A stretch of 63,786 nt of DNA, the filler included, from Thermodesulfobacteriota bacterium (GTDB lineage: Bacteria; DASVDK01): the NCBI GenBank assembly GCA_036381125.1. It is 8 parts of 8 records of this genome, joined end to end, with 100 filler letters (N's around TTAATTAATTAA, not from the genome) between each part and the next. Parts side by side here need not be neighbours in the genome. Positions count along the whole stretch, not along the records: positions 26,523 to 34,367 come from DASVDK010000075.1; positions 34,468 to 46,752 come from DASVDK010000076.1; 6 more parts are not named here. One strand, written 5' to 3'. The notes beneath the pieces are model-generated. The model did not search any database. It saw only the letters and a program-made list of their open reading frames with translations, and had not been told where the DNA came from. The translations under genes were made by a program, and so were the position numbers. Positions 26,524 to 36,714 of the stretch are shown here, in pieces. Position 1 is the stretch's first letter. Every line of letters begins with the position of its first letter.

Positions 26524-27918
26524 ACCGGCGACGACGAGTCGGGCATCGCCCTCGCGTCGCTCGAGGCGGCCGAGCGGGGCCTCGCCGCGGCGCTCCTCGC
26601 GCTCGCCGCGACCCCGGCCCGGCCGATCGAGATCGACGTCGACCGCGCGCTGGCGTGGTACGAGGGGCAGGCCGGGGTCACTCTCGCGCCGGAGCAGCGC
26701 GACGCGATCGGTCGCGCCGCGACCGAGAAGCTCCTGGTCGTCACCGGGGGGCCCGGCACCGGCAAGACGACGCTCGTGAACGGCCTCATCCGGATCCTCG
26801 AGAGGAAGGGGCGCCGGATCCTGCTGGCGGCGCCGACCGGCCGGGCGGCGAGGCGGCTCGCCGAGGCGACGGGGCGGGAGGCGAGGACGCTCCACCGCCT
26901 CCTCGAGTTCGACCCGCGGGCGCGCGGCTTCGGCCGAGACCGCCACCGGCCGCTCGAGGCCGACCTCGTCATCGTCGACGAGGCCTCCATGCTCGACGTC
27001 GTCCTGGCGTACGCCCTCGTCCGGGCGCTGCCGGCCGCCTGCCAGCTCGTCCTCGTGGGCGACGTCGACCAGCTCCCCTCCGTGGGCCCCGGCAGCGTCC
27101 TGGCCGACGTGATCGACTCGGGCCGCGCCGCGGTCGTCCGCCTGCGGCACGTCTTCCGCCAGGCCGAGGCGAGCCTCATCGTCGTCAACGCGCACCGGGT
27201 GAACCGCGGGGAGATGCCCGAGCTCGGCCGGCGCGGCGCCGGGACCGACTTCTACTTCGTGGAGGCGGAGGAGCCCGAGGCGGTGCTCGACGCGCTCAGA
27301 CGGCTCGTCGCCGAGCGGATCCCGCGGCGCTTCGGCCTCGACCCGGTGGACGACGTGCAGGTTCTCGCGCCGATGCACCGGGGCCTCCTCGGCGCGGCCG
27401 CGCTCAACGCCGAGCTGCAGGCGCTGCTCAACCCCTCGGGGGCCGCGGTCGTCCGCGGCGGCCGGCTCCTCCGCGTGGGCGACAAGGTCATGCAGCTGCG
27501 CAACAACTACGACCTCGCCGTCTACAACGGCGACATCGGCCGGATCGTCGCGGTCGACGAGGTGGAGCGGACGGCAGCCGTCCGGTTCGACGGCCGCGTC
27601 GTACGCTACGAGGGGACCGACCTCGACGAGCTGGTCCTCGCCTACGCCTGCTCGGTCCACAAGGCGCAGGGGAGCGAGTACCCCTGCGTGGTGGTTCCGG
27701 TCCACACGCAGCACTACGTCATGCTCCGGCGCAACCTCCTCTACACGGCGATCACGCGCGGCCGGCGCCTCGTGGTGCTGGTCGGCAGCCGGCGCGCGCT
27801 CGCGATCGCGGTCAGGAACCGACGGGTGGCGCCGCGCTTCACGCGGCTCGCCGCGTGGCTGGCCGAGGGTGGGGAGGGGAGACCCGATCGGCCCGGGGGG
27901 CCGCTCAGCTTCCGCTGA
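26524..27918 (+). CDS. recD2: ATP-dependent RecD-like helicase (5' truncated)
   Basis: TGGPGTGKTT, APTGRAA, VDEASM, GDVDQLPSVGPG, HKAQGSEY, YTAITR. Confidence 0.93.
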   Translation, partial: TGDDESGIALASLEAAERGLAAALLALAATPARPIEIDVDRALAWYEGQAGVTLAPEQRDAIGRAATEKLLVVTGGPGTGKTTLVNGLIRILERKGRRILLAAPTGRAARRLAEATGREARTLHRLLEFDPRARGFGRDRHRPLEADLVIVDEASMLDVVLAYALVRALPAACQLVLVGDVDQLPSVGPGSVLADVIDSGRAAVVRLRHVFRQAEASLIVVNAHRVNRGEMPELGRRGAGTDFYFVEAEEPEAVLDALRRLVAERIPRRFGLDPVDDVQVLAPMHRGLLGAAALNAELQALLNPSGAAVVRGGRLLRVGDKVMQLRNNYDLAVYNGDIGRIVAVDEVERTAAVRFDGRVVRYEGTDLDELVLAYACSVHKAQGSEYPCVVVPVHTQHYVMLRRNLLYTAITRGRRLVVLVGSRRALAIAVRNRRVAPRFTRLAAWLAEGGEGRPDRPGGPLSFR

Positions 27919-28621
27919 TCGACAGCAGCGTGCGGAGGAGGCTCGTCCGGATCAGCTCGCGCGCGGCCTGGGCGTCGCGCCTGGCGAGCGCCTCGACGAT
28001 CGCCACGTTGTCGCGGAGCGCCGCTTCTCGCACCGCGCTGACCGGGAGCGGGTGACCACCCGGCCGGTCCCAGCCGGATCGGCGGCGCGACGCCACGATG
28101 CGCCTGAACATGTCCTCGACGAACCGGTTCCGCGAGGCCCGCGCGATGGCGAGGTGCAGGGCGTACTTGGCTTCCTTGAACTCGTACCACGTCCGGGCGG
28201 CCTTGAGCGCCTCGAGATGGCTGGTCAGGGCGAGGAGGTCCTCGTCGCTGGCGCGCTCGACCACGAGTTCGGCGAGGCCAGGCTCGAAGAGCAGCCGCGC
28301 TTCGAGGATCTCCGTCAGGCTGTAGGCGGCGCCGTCGTGCGGCCGGCCCGCCGACGCGCCGGCCGCCTCGGCCACGAACGTGCCGCGGCCGACGTGCCGC
28401 ACGACGAGGCCCTCCTGCACCAGCCGGGTCATCGTCTTTCGAACCGTGTTGCGCGCGGCTCGAAACCGGGCGGCCAGCGCCCGCTCCGTCGGCAGGCGAG
28501 ACCCCGGCTGCATGTGACCATCGATGATCTGGCCCCTCAGGCTCTGGTAGATGGCCTGGCTGAAGGCATCGGACTGCGCGCGCGGACCGGCCACTCTGGC
28601 GGAGCGGGACGATGCCGACAT
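27905..28621 (-). CDS. FadR/GntR-family regulator
   Basis: GSRLPTERALA..F.AARNTVR, GRGTFV, FCD domain. Confidence 0.88.
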   Translation of the reverse strand: MSASSRSARVAGPRAQSDAFSQAIYQSLRGQIIDGHMQPGSRLPTERALAARFRAARNTVRKTMTRLVQEGLVVRHVGRGTFVAEAAGASAGRPHDGAAYSLTEILEARLLFEPGLAELVVERASDEDLLALTSHLEALKAARTWYEFKEAKYALHLAIARASRNRFVEDMFRRIVASRRRSGWDRPGGHPLPVSAVREAALRDNVAIVEALARRDAQAARELIRTSLLRTLLSISGS

Positions 28622-28927
28622 GTGTCAACCTTTCGGTTCGAGCCTTGCCCGGCGGTTGCCGCCCGTCTGTTTCTAGCCTGAAGGTACACATGCGTCAACC
28701 GGACCCGGATCGGGACGAACGTGGACGACGAGGCGCGTCGACGCGGCGCGGCAGTCGATCCGCGGGCCGCGTCGGCGCCGTCTTCCGCGTCGAGCGGCCT
28801 GCCGGAACGCACCGGGGTCCGACTCGGCCCTTGAAGAGTTGGATCGGATTTGGTTGGATATGGCTCACTCAGGAACCTCGTTTGAGCGCACGCGTGCGCG
28901 CTCGGCGTCCCGCGGGGGAGGCGTCAC

Positions 28928-30646
28928 GTGTCCGGCACCAGGAACGGTCGAGGGCGCACCGGCGGCCAACTGCTCGTCGACTGCCTGCGCGTGCAGGGCG
29001 TCGACATCGCGTTCTGCGTCCCGGGCGAGAGTTACCTGCCGGTCATCGACGCGCTCTACGACGTCCGCGACGCGCTCCGACTCGTCGTCTGCCGGCAGGA
29101 GGGGGGCGCGGCCATCATGGCCGAGGCCCACGGCAAGCTGACCGGCCGCCCCGGCGTCTGCTTCGTGACGCGCGGCCCGGGCGCGACCAACGCCTCGACC
29201 GGCATCCACACCGCGTTCCAGGACTCGACGCCGCTCGTGCTGTTCGTCGGGCAGGTGTCGCGCGACGTTCGCGACCGCGAAGGCTTTCAGGAAGTCGACT
29301 TCCGCGCCATGTTCGCTCCGCTGGCGAAGTGGTCCGCGGAGGTCCCCGACGCCCGCCGCATACCGGAGTACGTCCACCGCGCCTTTCAGACCGCGCTCGC
29401 CGGCCGTCCCGGCCCGGTCGTCCTGGCCTTGCCGGAGGACGTGCTCTCGGACGTCGTCGAGGAGCGGCTCGACCTGGGGCTTCCCGCTCGGCCGCTGGCC
29501 GCCGCGCCGAGCGCCACGGAGGTGGAGGGCATCGCCGACCTCGTCCGCCGGGCGTCGAGACCGCTGGTCATCGTCGGCGGCGGCGGGTGGTCGCAGGCGG
29601 CGGCCGGTCGGCTCGCGGCGTTCGCCGAGGCCTGGGACCTGCCGGTGGCCGTGTCGCTCAGGTGCCAGGACTACGTCGACAACGCGCACCCGAGCTACGT
29701 CGGCCACCTCGGCATCGGGGCCGAGCCGAGCCTCGTCGCCCGCGTCAAGGAGGCCGACTGCCTCCTGGTGCTCGGGGCGCGCCTCGGTGAGATGACGACG
29801 GCCGGGTACACGATCCTCAGGCCCCCTCGGCCCGGCGCGGTGCTCGTCCACGTCCATCCCGACCCGGAAGAGCTGGGGCGGGTCTACCAGGCGGACCTGC
29901 CGGTCAACGCGAGCCCGGCGCTCGTCGCCGCGGCGCTGGCCGACCTCACGCCCGCTCCGGAGCGGCCGTGGGCGGCCTGGGCGCGCGCGGCGCGGACGGA
30001 GTACGAGGCGAGCCTCGCCCCGCTGCCGCAGCCGGGCGGGGTCGACCTCGGCCAGGTCATGGCGACGCTCCGCCGGAGGCTGCCCGAGGACACGGTCGTC
30101 TGCTCGGGCGCCGGCAACTACACCGGCTGGGTGCACCGCACCTGGGTGTTCCGCCGGTGGCGTTCGCAGCTTGCCCCCACGTCGGGAGCCATGGGGTACG
30201 GCGTTCCGGCGGCCGTCGCGGCCAGCCTCGTCCATCCCGGGCGCACCGTGCTGTCGGTGAACGGCGACGGCTGCTTCCTGATGCACGGGCAGGAACTCGC
30301 GACCGCGGCCCAGTACGGCGCGAGGATCCTCTTCCTCGTCGTCAACAACGGCATGTACGGCACGATCCGCATGCACCAGGAACGGAAGTATCCGGGTCGG
30401 GTCCACGGGACGGCGCTCGCCAATCCCGATTTCGTCGCGCTCGCCCGGGCGTTCGGCCTGTCCGGCGAGCGGGTCGAGAAAACGGAGCAGTTCGAGCCGG
30501 CCCTCGACCGGGCCCTGGCCGCGCCGACGAGCGCCCTCGTCGAGCTCGTCGTCGATCCGGAGGCGATCTCGGTGCGCACCACGCTGTCGCGGCTTCGCGA
30601 GCAGGCGCTCGCTCGGCAGCATGCGGGCACGCAGGCGTCCGGCTGA
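28928..30646 (+). CDS. thiamine-pyrophosphate-binding protein (acetolactate synthase-like)
   Basis: VPGESYL, RQEGGA, TRGPGATN, GAMGYG, GDGCFLM..NNGMYG. Confidence 0.92.
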   Translation: MSGTRNGRGRTGGQLLVDCLRVQGVDIAFCVPGESYLPVIDALYDVRDALRLVVCRQEGGAAIMAEAHGKLTGRPGVCFVTRGPGATNASTGIHTAFQDSTPLVLFVGQVSRDVRDREGFQEVDFRAMFAPLAKWSAEVPDARRIPEYVHRAFQTALAGRPGPVVLALPEDVLSDVVEERLDLGLPARPLAAAPSATEVEGIADLVRRASRPLVIVGGGGWSQAAAGRLAAFAEAWDLPVAVSLRCQDYVDNAHPSYVGHLGIGAEPSLVARVKEADCLLVLGARLGEMTTAGYTILRPPRPGAVLVHVHPDPEELGRVYQADLPVNASPALVAAALADLTPAPERPWAAWARAARTEYEASLAPLPQPGGVDLGQVMATLRRRLPEDTVVCSGAGNYTGWVHRTWVFRRWRSQLAPTSGAMGYGVPAAVAASLVHPGRTVLSVNGDGCFLMHGQELATAAQYGARILFLVVNNGMYGTIRMHQERKYPGRVHGTALANPDFVALARAFGLSGERVEKTEQFEPALDRALAAPTSALVELVVDPEAISVRTTLSRLREQALARQHAGTQASG

Positions 30647-30689
30647 GCCCCTGGACGCGCCGTGCGGGGCGCGTGCGAACAGGTGACAC

Positions 30690-31256
30690 ATGGACGAAGA
30701 CGTGCAGGCGAACCGCGGGACGCACGCTGACGCGGCGTTCCCCGAGACGACGCCGAGGGCCTCCGGGACGGACCGCGCCGGCCGCCTCGCCTTCCGGCTG
30801 GTCGCGTCGGGTTTCGTGCTCCTCGGCCTGTGGGTGTGCTGGTACGCTCGGGGCCTGACCTATTACACGCCGGTCGGCCCGGGGCCGGGCTTCTTCCCGC
30901 TGTGGCTCGGACTCCTCCTGACCGTCCTCTCGTGCGCCGTCCTGGTGAGGAGCCGGCGGCCGGGCCGCCTCGCGCTCCCGGACCGCTTCCTGCCGGAGCG
31001 CCGGACCGGGGGCCGGATGGCCGTCACGGTCGGCATGATCGCGGTCTTCGCGCTGGGCGTGGAGCGTGCCGGCTTCGTGCCGACCATGTTCGTCGTGCTG
31101 CTGGTCCTTCTCAGGTCGAACGGGTGCCGGCTGTTCCCGACGGCGACGGTCATCGCCCTCGCGGCGACGCTCGTGGTCGGCTACAGCTTCACGCACTGGC
31201 TCAACGTCTACCTGCCTCCCGTGCCGTTCGGCCTCCTCGGCGCCGTCGGGCTCTAG
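30690..31256 (+). CDS. tctB: tripartite tricarboxylate transporter small TM subunit
   Basis: GPGPGFFP motif, four TM segments. Confidence 0.85.
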   Translation: MDEDVQANRGTHADAAFPETTPRASGTDRAGRLAFRLVASGFVLLGLWVCWYARGLTYYTPVGPGPGFFPLWLGLLLTVLSCAVLVRSRRPGRLALPDRFLPERRTGGRMAVTVGMIAVFALGVERAGFVPTMFVVLLVLLRSNGCRLFPTATVIALAATLVVGYSFTHWLNVYLPPVPFGLLGAVGL

Positions 31257-31266
31257 GGGGCCGCGG

Positions 31267-32772
31267 GTGGAGGTGCTGCACGACTTCATCGTCGGGTTCG
31301 GGTCCGCGCTGGCGCCCGCGAACCTGCTCTACGCCCTCGTCGGATGCCTGGTCGGTACGCTCGTCGGCGTCCTGCCCGGGATCGGCTCCGCCGGCGGCAT
31401 GGCGATCCTGCTGCCCCTCACGATGAACCTGCCTCCCGCCGGCGCGATCATCATGCTTGCCGCGATCTTCTACGGCAGCTACTACGGCGGCACGATCTCC
31501 ACGGTGCTGATGAGCGTGCCCGGCGAGGTGGCCTCCGTCGTGACCATCCTCGACGGGCACGCCATGGCGAAGCAGGGCCGAGGGGGAGTCGCGCTGAGCA
31601 TCGCCGCTCTCGGCTCGTTCGTCGGCGGCACGGCGGCGGTCCTCGCGCTCGTCCTCATCGCGCCGCTCCTGACGGAGGTCGCGCTGGAGTTCGGCCCGGC
31701 GGAGTTCTTCGCGCTCCTCGTGATCGGGCTGGCCACGCTGTCGCTGCTCGCGGGCGACTCCCTGCTGCGGGCGCTCGCCATGGCGGTGTTCGGCCTCCTG
31801 CTCGGAACGGTCGGCACCGACCCGACGATGGGCACGCCGCGCTTCGACTTCGGCCTGACGCCCCTCCTGGGCGGCCTCGACTTCGTGCCGGTCGTGATGG
31901 GCCTCTTCGGCCTCAGCGAGATCCTCCTCGCCGAGGAGAGCCCGGCCGTGCGCGTCGAGGCGCCGAGGCTCCGGACGCTCTATCCGAGCCGCGCCGACCT
32001 GAAGGCCTCGGGCGGCGCCATCGTGCGCGGAACGCTCCTGGGCTTCCTCCTCGGCCTCATCCCCGGCACCACCCAGGCGCTCGCGTCGTTCATCGCCTAC
32101 GGGGTGGAGAAGGGGTGCGCGCGGCGGCCGGAGGAGTTCGGCAAGGGGGCCATCGCCGGCGTCGCGGGGCCGGAGACGGCCAACAACGCGCACGCCAACG
32201 CAGCCCTCATCCCGCTCTTCACGCTCGGCATTCCGGGCTCGCCCAGCATCGCGATCCTGCTCGGCGCGTTCGTCCTGAACGGCCTCGCGCCCGGGCCGCT
32301 GCTCTTCTCGGAGCGACCCGAGATCGTCTGGCCCATCATCGCGAGCATGATCGTCGGCAACTTCATGCTGCTGCTCCTCAACGTGCCGCTCGTCGGCATG
32401 TGGGTGCGGATCCTCCAGATCCCGGCGAGCGTCCTGCGGCCGCTCATCGTCATGTTCATCTGCCTCGGGACCTACCTGGTCTCCAACAGCGTGTTCGACG
32501 TCTGGGTCATGGTGCTCTTCGGCCTCCTCGGCACGCTTCTGCGGAAGCTCGATTTCCCGCTCGCGCCGATCGCCCTGACGCTCATCATCGGGCCGATGAT
32601 GGAGTCGGCGCTGCGCCAGGCGCTCAGCATCTCGCGCGGAGACCTCGGCATCCTGGTCTCGAGCCCGCTGGCCTGCGCGCTGCTCGCCCTGGCGGTGGTC
32701 GTGCTGAGCGTCCCGTTGTGGCCCGCTCGTGCCGTGCGGATGCGCGGCAGGCTCGGCGATGCGAGCGACTGA
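31267..32772 (+). CDS. tctA: tripartite tricarboxylate transporter permease
   Basis: GVLPGIG, YGGTI, GPETANNA, LGIPGS. Confidence 0.92.
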   Translation: MEVLHDFIVGFGSALAPANLLYALVGCLVGTLVGVLPGIGSAGGMAILLPLTMNLPPAGAIIMLAAIFYGSYYGGTISTVLMSVPGEVASVVTILDGHAMAKQGRGGVALSIAALGSFVGGTAAVLALVLIAPLLTEVALEFGPAEFFALLVIGLATLSLLAGDSLLRALAMAVFGLLLGTVGTDPTMGTPRFDFGLTPLLGGLDFVPVVMGLFGLSEILLAEESPAVRVEAPRLRTLYPSRADLKASGGAIVRGTLLGFLLGLIPGTTQALASFIAYGVEKGCARRPEEFGKGAIAGVAGPETANNAHANAALIPLFTLGIPGSPSIAILLGAFVLNGLAPGPLLFSERPEIVWPIIASMIVGNFMLLLLNVPLVGMWVRILQIPASVLRPLIVMFICLGTYLVSNSVFDVWVMVLFGLLGTLLRKLDFPLAPIALTLIIGPMMESALRQALSISRGDLGILVSSPLACALLALAVVVLSVPLWPARAVRMRGRLGDASD

Positions 32773-32900
32773 GGCCATCCATCGATCTCGCGGCCGGTGA
32801 TCGGTACGCCGGCGGTCGATCCCGACGCGAGGTGCTGGCCGTGAAACCGACAACCAGCCTGGACGTGACCGTGTGTGGCCCAGGCTCAGGGAGGACATCG

Positions 32901-33917
32901 ATGACCGGAATGCTCGTGCATCTCGTGCGCGCGCGTCGAGTACGGCATGGCGCGGCCCTGCTCGCCGCTCTCCTCGGCGTCGTCGCGTGGTCGGGCGCCG
33001 CGGGGGGCCAGGACGCCACCTACCCGGCGCGCGGCAAGCGGATCTCGATCATCGCCGCGGCCTCGGCTGGAAGCGGCACCGACCTCACCGCGCGACTCGT
33101 CGCGCAGGCGCTCGAGAGCGAGTTCCCCGGCACGAACTTCGTCGTGATCAACCGGCCGGGCGCGGGGACCCAGGTGGGGGTGCAGGCGACGGCCGACGCG
33201 GCGCCGGACGGCTCGACCTTCGGCCTGATCTCGCTGCCCACGGCGGTGACGTTGACGCTCGATCCGGCGCGCAAGGCGCGGTTCGACCGCGAGAGCTTCG
33301 TGCCCATCGGCAACTTCATCTACGACCCGGGCGCCCTCGCCGTGAGGACCGACTCGCCCTATCGCTCGCTGAAGGACTTCACCGAGGCCGCCAGGCAGAA
33401 GCCCGGGACCGTGACGGTCGGCGTCACCGGTCCGCGCGGCCGCGAGCACCTCGACCTGATCGCCGTGGAGCGGGCGAGCGGGGCGAGCTTCACCCCCGTG
33501 TTCCACAACGACTCGGGCCTCGCCCTGAACGCCCTGCTCGGCGGCCACATCGACGCCGTGCAGGGGAGCGTGGCCGACTTCCTGGCACAGATGAAGGCGG
33601 GGCGCGTCCGCCTGCTCGCGGTGTTCGACAAGAGCCCGAGCGCCTTCGCGCCGGACGTGCCGACCGCCGAGTCCCAGGGCTTTCCCATCTTCTCCGGCAC
33701 CTCTCGCGGCTTCGCGTTCCCGGCCAAGACCCCGCCGCAGTACGCGGCACGCATCAGCGAGGCGCTCGGCAAGATCGCCCGGTCGCCCGAGTACCAGCAG
33801 AAGGTCAGGGACATGGGGCTCGAGCTCCGGTACATGGACGCCACGGAGTACGGCGCCTACTGGGCCAACGAGGTGACGCGCATCAAGGAGCTGATGGCCA
33901 GGCTCGACCAGCGGTAG
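32901..33917 (+). CDS. tctC: tripartite tricarboxylate transporter substrate-binding protein (Bug/TctC)
   Basis: YP, AGSGTD..AR, NRPGAG, PDG, PDVPT. Confidence 0.88.
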   Translation: MTGMLVHLVRARRVRHGAALLAALLGVVAWSGAAGGQDATYPARGKRISIIAAASAGSGTDLTARLVAQALESEFPGTNFVVINRPGAGTQVGVQATADAAPDGSTFGLISLPTAVTLTLDPARKARFDRESFVPIGNFIYDPGALAVRTDSPYRSLKDFTEAARQKPGTVTVGVTGPRGREHLDLIAVERASGASFTPVFHNDSGLALNALLGGHIDAVQGSVADFLAQMKAGRVRLLAVFDKSPSAFAPDVPTAESQGFPIFSGTSRGFAFPAKTPPQYAARISEALGKIARSPEYQQKVRDMGLELRYMDATEYGAYWANEVTRIKELMARLDQR

Positions 33918-34008
33918 CGTCGGGACGTGCCATCGGGGCGGCGCCAGGCGCCGTCCCGATGGCACGTGGACGTCGGGCCGGCGGAGATCGGCTCGTCGGG
34001 GGTATGCC

Positions 34009-34367
34009 ATGAGAATCGCGCTCTTGCCCGGGGACGGCATCGGCAAGGAGATCGTGCCGCAGGCGGTCAAGGTGCTCCGGGCGCTGTCGCGCTACGGCCT
34101 GGCGTTCGAGATGGAGGAGGGGCCGGTAGGGGGGGCCGGCGTCGATGCGGCTGGCGACCCGCTCCCCCCCGAGACCCTGGAGCTGGTGAAGCGTTCGGAC
34201 GCCGTGCTCTTCGGATCGGTCGGCGCGCCGCAGTACGATGCCCTGCCGATGCACAAGCGCCCCGGGTCGGCCCTGCGCCGCCTGCGCAAGGAGCTCGGGC
34301 TCTTCGCCAACTATCGTCCGGTGAAGCTCTATCCCGAACTGGCCGGCGCCTCGACGCTGAAGCCCGA
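34009..34367 (+). CDS. 3-isopropylmalate/tartrate dehydrogenase family (truncated)
   Basis: IALLPGDGIG.EI, LFGSVG, LRKELGLFANYRP. Confidence 0.88.
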
Positions 34368-34468
34368 NNNNNNNNNNNNNNNNNNNNNNNNNNNNNNNNN
34401 NNNNNNNNNNNTTAATTAATTAANNNNNNNNNNNNNNNNNNNNNNNNNNNNNNNNNNNNNNNNNNNNC

Positions 34469-34519
34469 TACAAGATCGCCGAGTACGGCATCGAGGACGG
34501 CCGTACCCGGGCGAGCTAG
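34469..34519 (+). CDS. C-terminus of a probable sigma54 activator (Fis HTH; PilR-like by context)
   Basis: YKIAEYGIEDGRTRAS* resembles the LYK..EYG. end of NtrC-family proteins. Confidence 0.5.
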   Translation, partial: YKIAEYGIEDGRTRAS

Positions 34520-34661
34520 GCACGGACGGGGCCTGACCCCGGTGCGGCGCCCCGAAAAAAGTAGCGACCGGGACGCGCCGCGCGGCCGGCCCCGCGCGGC
34601 CGGGGCCCCGGCTTCCCCCTGCCGGCGCGGCGTTGCCCCCGCGGGCGCCGGCGCCGCCGGG

Positions 34662-34677
34662 TGGCACGCCGCTTGCT
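34662..34677 (+). promoter_or_regulatory. sigma54 promoter
   Basis: TGGCACG-CCGC-TTGCT, full consensus. Confidence 0.8.
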
Positions 34678-34693
34678 CGTGGTCCGCCGCGCG

Positions 34694-35473
34694 ATGCCGG
34701 GACGACTCCGACCACGGGAAGGTGCGCTCCGGGGGACGGCGGGGGTCACCCTCGTCGAGTTGACCGTCGCGCTCGCCGTGGCGGTCGTCGTGACGCTCGG
34801 CATCTACCTCCTCTACGCGGGCGCCACCCGGTCCTTCGTGGCCCGCGACCCGGTCCTCGAGGCCCAGCGGGTCGCCCGCCTCGCCATCGAGTCGCTGACG
34901 CAGGACCTGATCCGGGCCGGGTACAGGGTCCCGTCGCCCGCCCCGGCCATCGCCCACGCATCGGCCGACTCCGTCACCGTCGAGTACTTCAACGACCAGG
35001 CCGACCGGTTCGAGCGGGTGCGGTACGCCCTCGACCAGGAGGGGCGGCTCGTCCGCGAGGTGCTGCGCAGGACCGGGGACGACTGGACGGCGCCGCCCGA
35101 GTCGGTGCTGACGGAGGTCGTCGCCGAGCAGGTCCGCTTCGCCGACGCCGACGGCGACGGCGTGCGGGAGCCGGGCGAGGCCCCCGCGCTCGAGTTCGCC
35201 TTCTTCACGGAGGCGCCGGCGCCGGCCTCGTCGGGGCCGGACGGGTGGCTCGACGTGACCACCCCGCTCGACGCCGCCTCCGGCGACGCGGCGGCCGTCG
35301 GGCGCCTGCGCCGGATCCGCCGCGTCGCGATCACCCTGACCGTGCGGCCGACCCAGCCCGACCCCGTGACCGGGGCCTACCTCCACCGGACGCTCCGCGC
35401 CGAGGTCGTCCTGCGCCACGCCGGCCGGGGAGCCGACGCGAAGGCCTCCGCGCACCACCCACCGGCGCCCTGA
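34694..35473 (+). CDS. prepilin-type (PilW-like) protein
   Basis: G|VTLVEL class III signal, QDLIRAGY. Confidence 0.8.
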   Translation: MPGRLRPREGALRGTAGVTLVELTVALAVAVVVTLGIYLLYAGATRSFVARDPVLEAQRVARLAIESLTQDLIRAGYRVPSPAPAIAHASADSVTVEYFNDQADRFERVRYALDQEGRLVREVLRRTGDDWTAPPESVLTEVVAEQVRFADADGDGVREPGEAPALEFAFFTEAPAPASSGPDGWLDVTTPLDAASGDAAAVGRLRRIRRVAITLTVRPTQPDPVTGAYLHRTLRAEVVLRHAGRGADAKASAHHPPAP

Positions 35474-35692
35474 GGCGCGGGGCCCCGTCGGTTCGGGCGA
35501 CCGGCCGCGCAGGCGGCCGCAACCGGGCCGCACGGGGCGATTCGGGCCCGCCGCTACCTCGCAAAAAGTCGCAGGCGGCCCAACCTGCTTGCGCGCCGCG
35601 GCCGTCCGCGCCCGGCGCGATGGCCCGGCAATTGTCGTCCAAGTTCCTGCCATAGCGAAGATATTTGACGTTTCGCACAGGTCAAGTGACCC

Positions 35693-35708
35693 TGGCATGG
35701 CGCTTGCT
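35693..35708 (+). promoter_or_regulatory. sigma54 promoter
   Basis: TGGCATG-GCGC-TTGCT, 12 nt before ATG 35721. Confidence 0.75.
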
Positions 35709-35720
35709 CGACGCCCGGGC

Positions 35721-36239
35721 ATGCACACGCGTCGCTCGGCCACCGCGGCCTCGGGCTTCACGCTGATCGAGGTCATCGTCGTCATGACGGTCATGGTGAT
35801 CTTCATGCTGATCGCCCTGCCGAACTTCCGGGCCTGGGTGGTCCAGCAGCAGATCCAGTCCGCCGTCGCACGGGTCGAGGCCGACCTGCGGCTGGCACGG
35901 ATGACCGCGATCAACGAGAACGGGCCGGCGGCGATCCGGTTCCAGGCGGCGCCCGGCACCGGGTACGAGGTCTTCATCGACGACGGCGCCGGCGGGGGGA
36001 TCGCGCGCAACCTCCAGCGGGATGGGGGCGAGACGCTCGTCGTGTCGCGCACGCTCGACAACGGGATCGTCTTCTCGGCGGTCGACTTCAACGGCGGGGT
36101 CGCCATGTCGTTCAACGGCCGCGGGCTCAAGGCGCTGCCGGCCACCGGGCCGGCGCAGGTCGTTCTCGAGAACCACGTCGGGACCCGGTACCGGATCCGG
36201 GTGAGCCCCGCGGGGAGCATCGATGTCTCGCGTCTGTAG
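35721..36239 (+). CDS. FimT/FimU minor pilin
   Basis: G|FTLIEV, ALPNF..W, DLRLAR..A, FNGRG. Confidence 0.85.
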   Translation: MHTRRSATAASGFTLIEVIVVMTVMVIFMLIALPNFRAWVVQQQIQSAVARVEADLRLARMTAINENGPAAIRFQAAPGTGYEVFIDDGAGGGIARNLQRDGGETLVVSRTLDNGIVFSAVDFNGGVAMSFNGRGLKALPATGPAQVVLENHVGTRYRIRVSPAGSIDVSRL

Positions 36240-36705
36240 ACCCGGCGCGCGCCGCGCGGCCGCCCCCCGGCGCGCCGGCTTCACCCTCCTCGAGGTGCTC
36301 GTCGCGGCGGTCATCCTCGCCGTCGGCCTCCTGGCGCTCGGCGCCGCCGAGATCACGGCGGCCGGCGCGACCGGTCGGTCGCGCGCGGTGTCGATCGCCA
36401 CGGCATACGGCGAGGAGATGATCGAGCGGATCCGCCGCAACCGCGACGAGGTCGCCGCCTACGACGGCTTCGACACGCAGGACCCGACGACCCGGCCGAC
36501 CGGGGCCGGCATACTGCAGACCGACTACGACCAGTGGAAGTCCCGCCTCGAGCAGGGCGGCCAGGCGGGCCTCGGCGGGGCCCGCGGGACGGTGACCGTC
36601 CTGACCGACTCCCCGATCCCCGGGGCGAACGCCGTGCGCGTGGCCGTCTCGTGGTCGGACGGGACCGACCGCGAGGTGGTCGTCATGTCGGTGCTCTTCA
36701 ACTAG
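36223..36705 (+). CDS. pilV: type IV pilus modification protein PilV
   Basis: G|FTLLEVLVA..ILAVGLL, EMIERIR.N. Confidence 0.85.
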   Translation: MSRVCRPGARRAAAPRRAGFTLLEVLVAAVILAVGLLALGAAEITAAGATGRSRAVSIATAYGEEMIERIRRNRDEVAAYDGFDTQDPTTRPTGAGILQTDYDQWKSRLEQGGQAGLGGARGTVTVLTDSPIPGANAVRVAVSWSDGTDREVVVMSVLFN

Positions 36706-36714
36706 GAGACGGCG

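Noticed and set aside
26524-27918. RecD-like helicase as part of a defence system
   Set aside because: It has standard RecD2 motifs and no neighbouring defence genes on the visible part of the contig.
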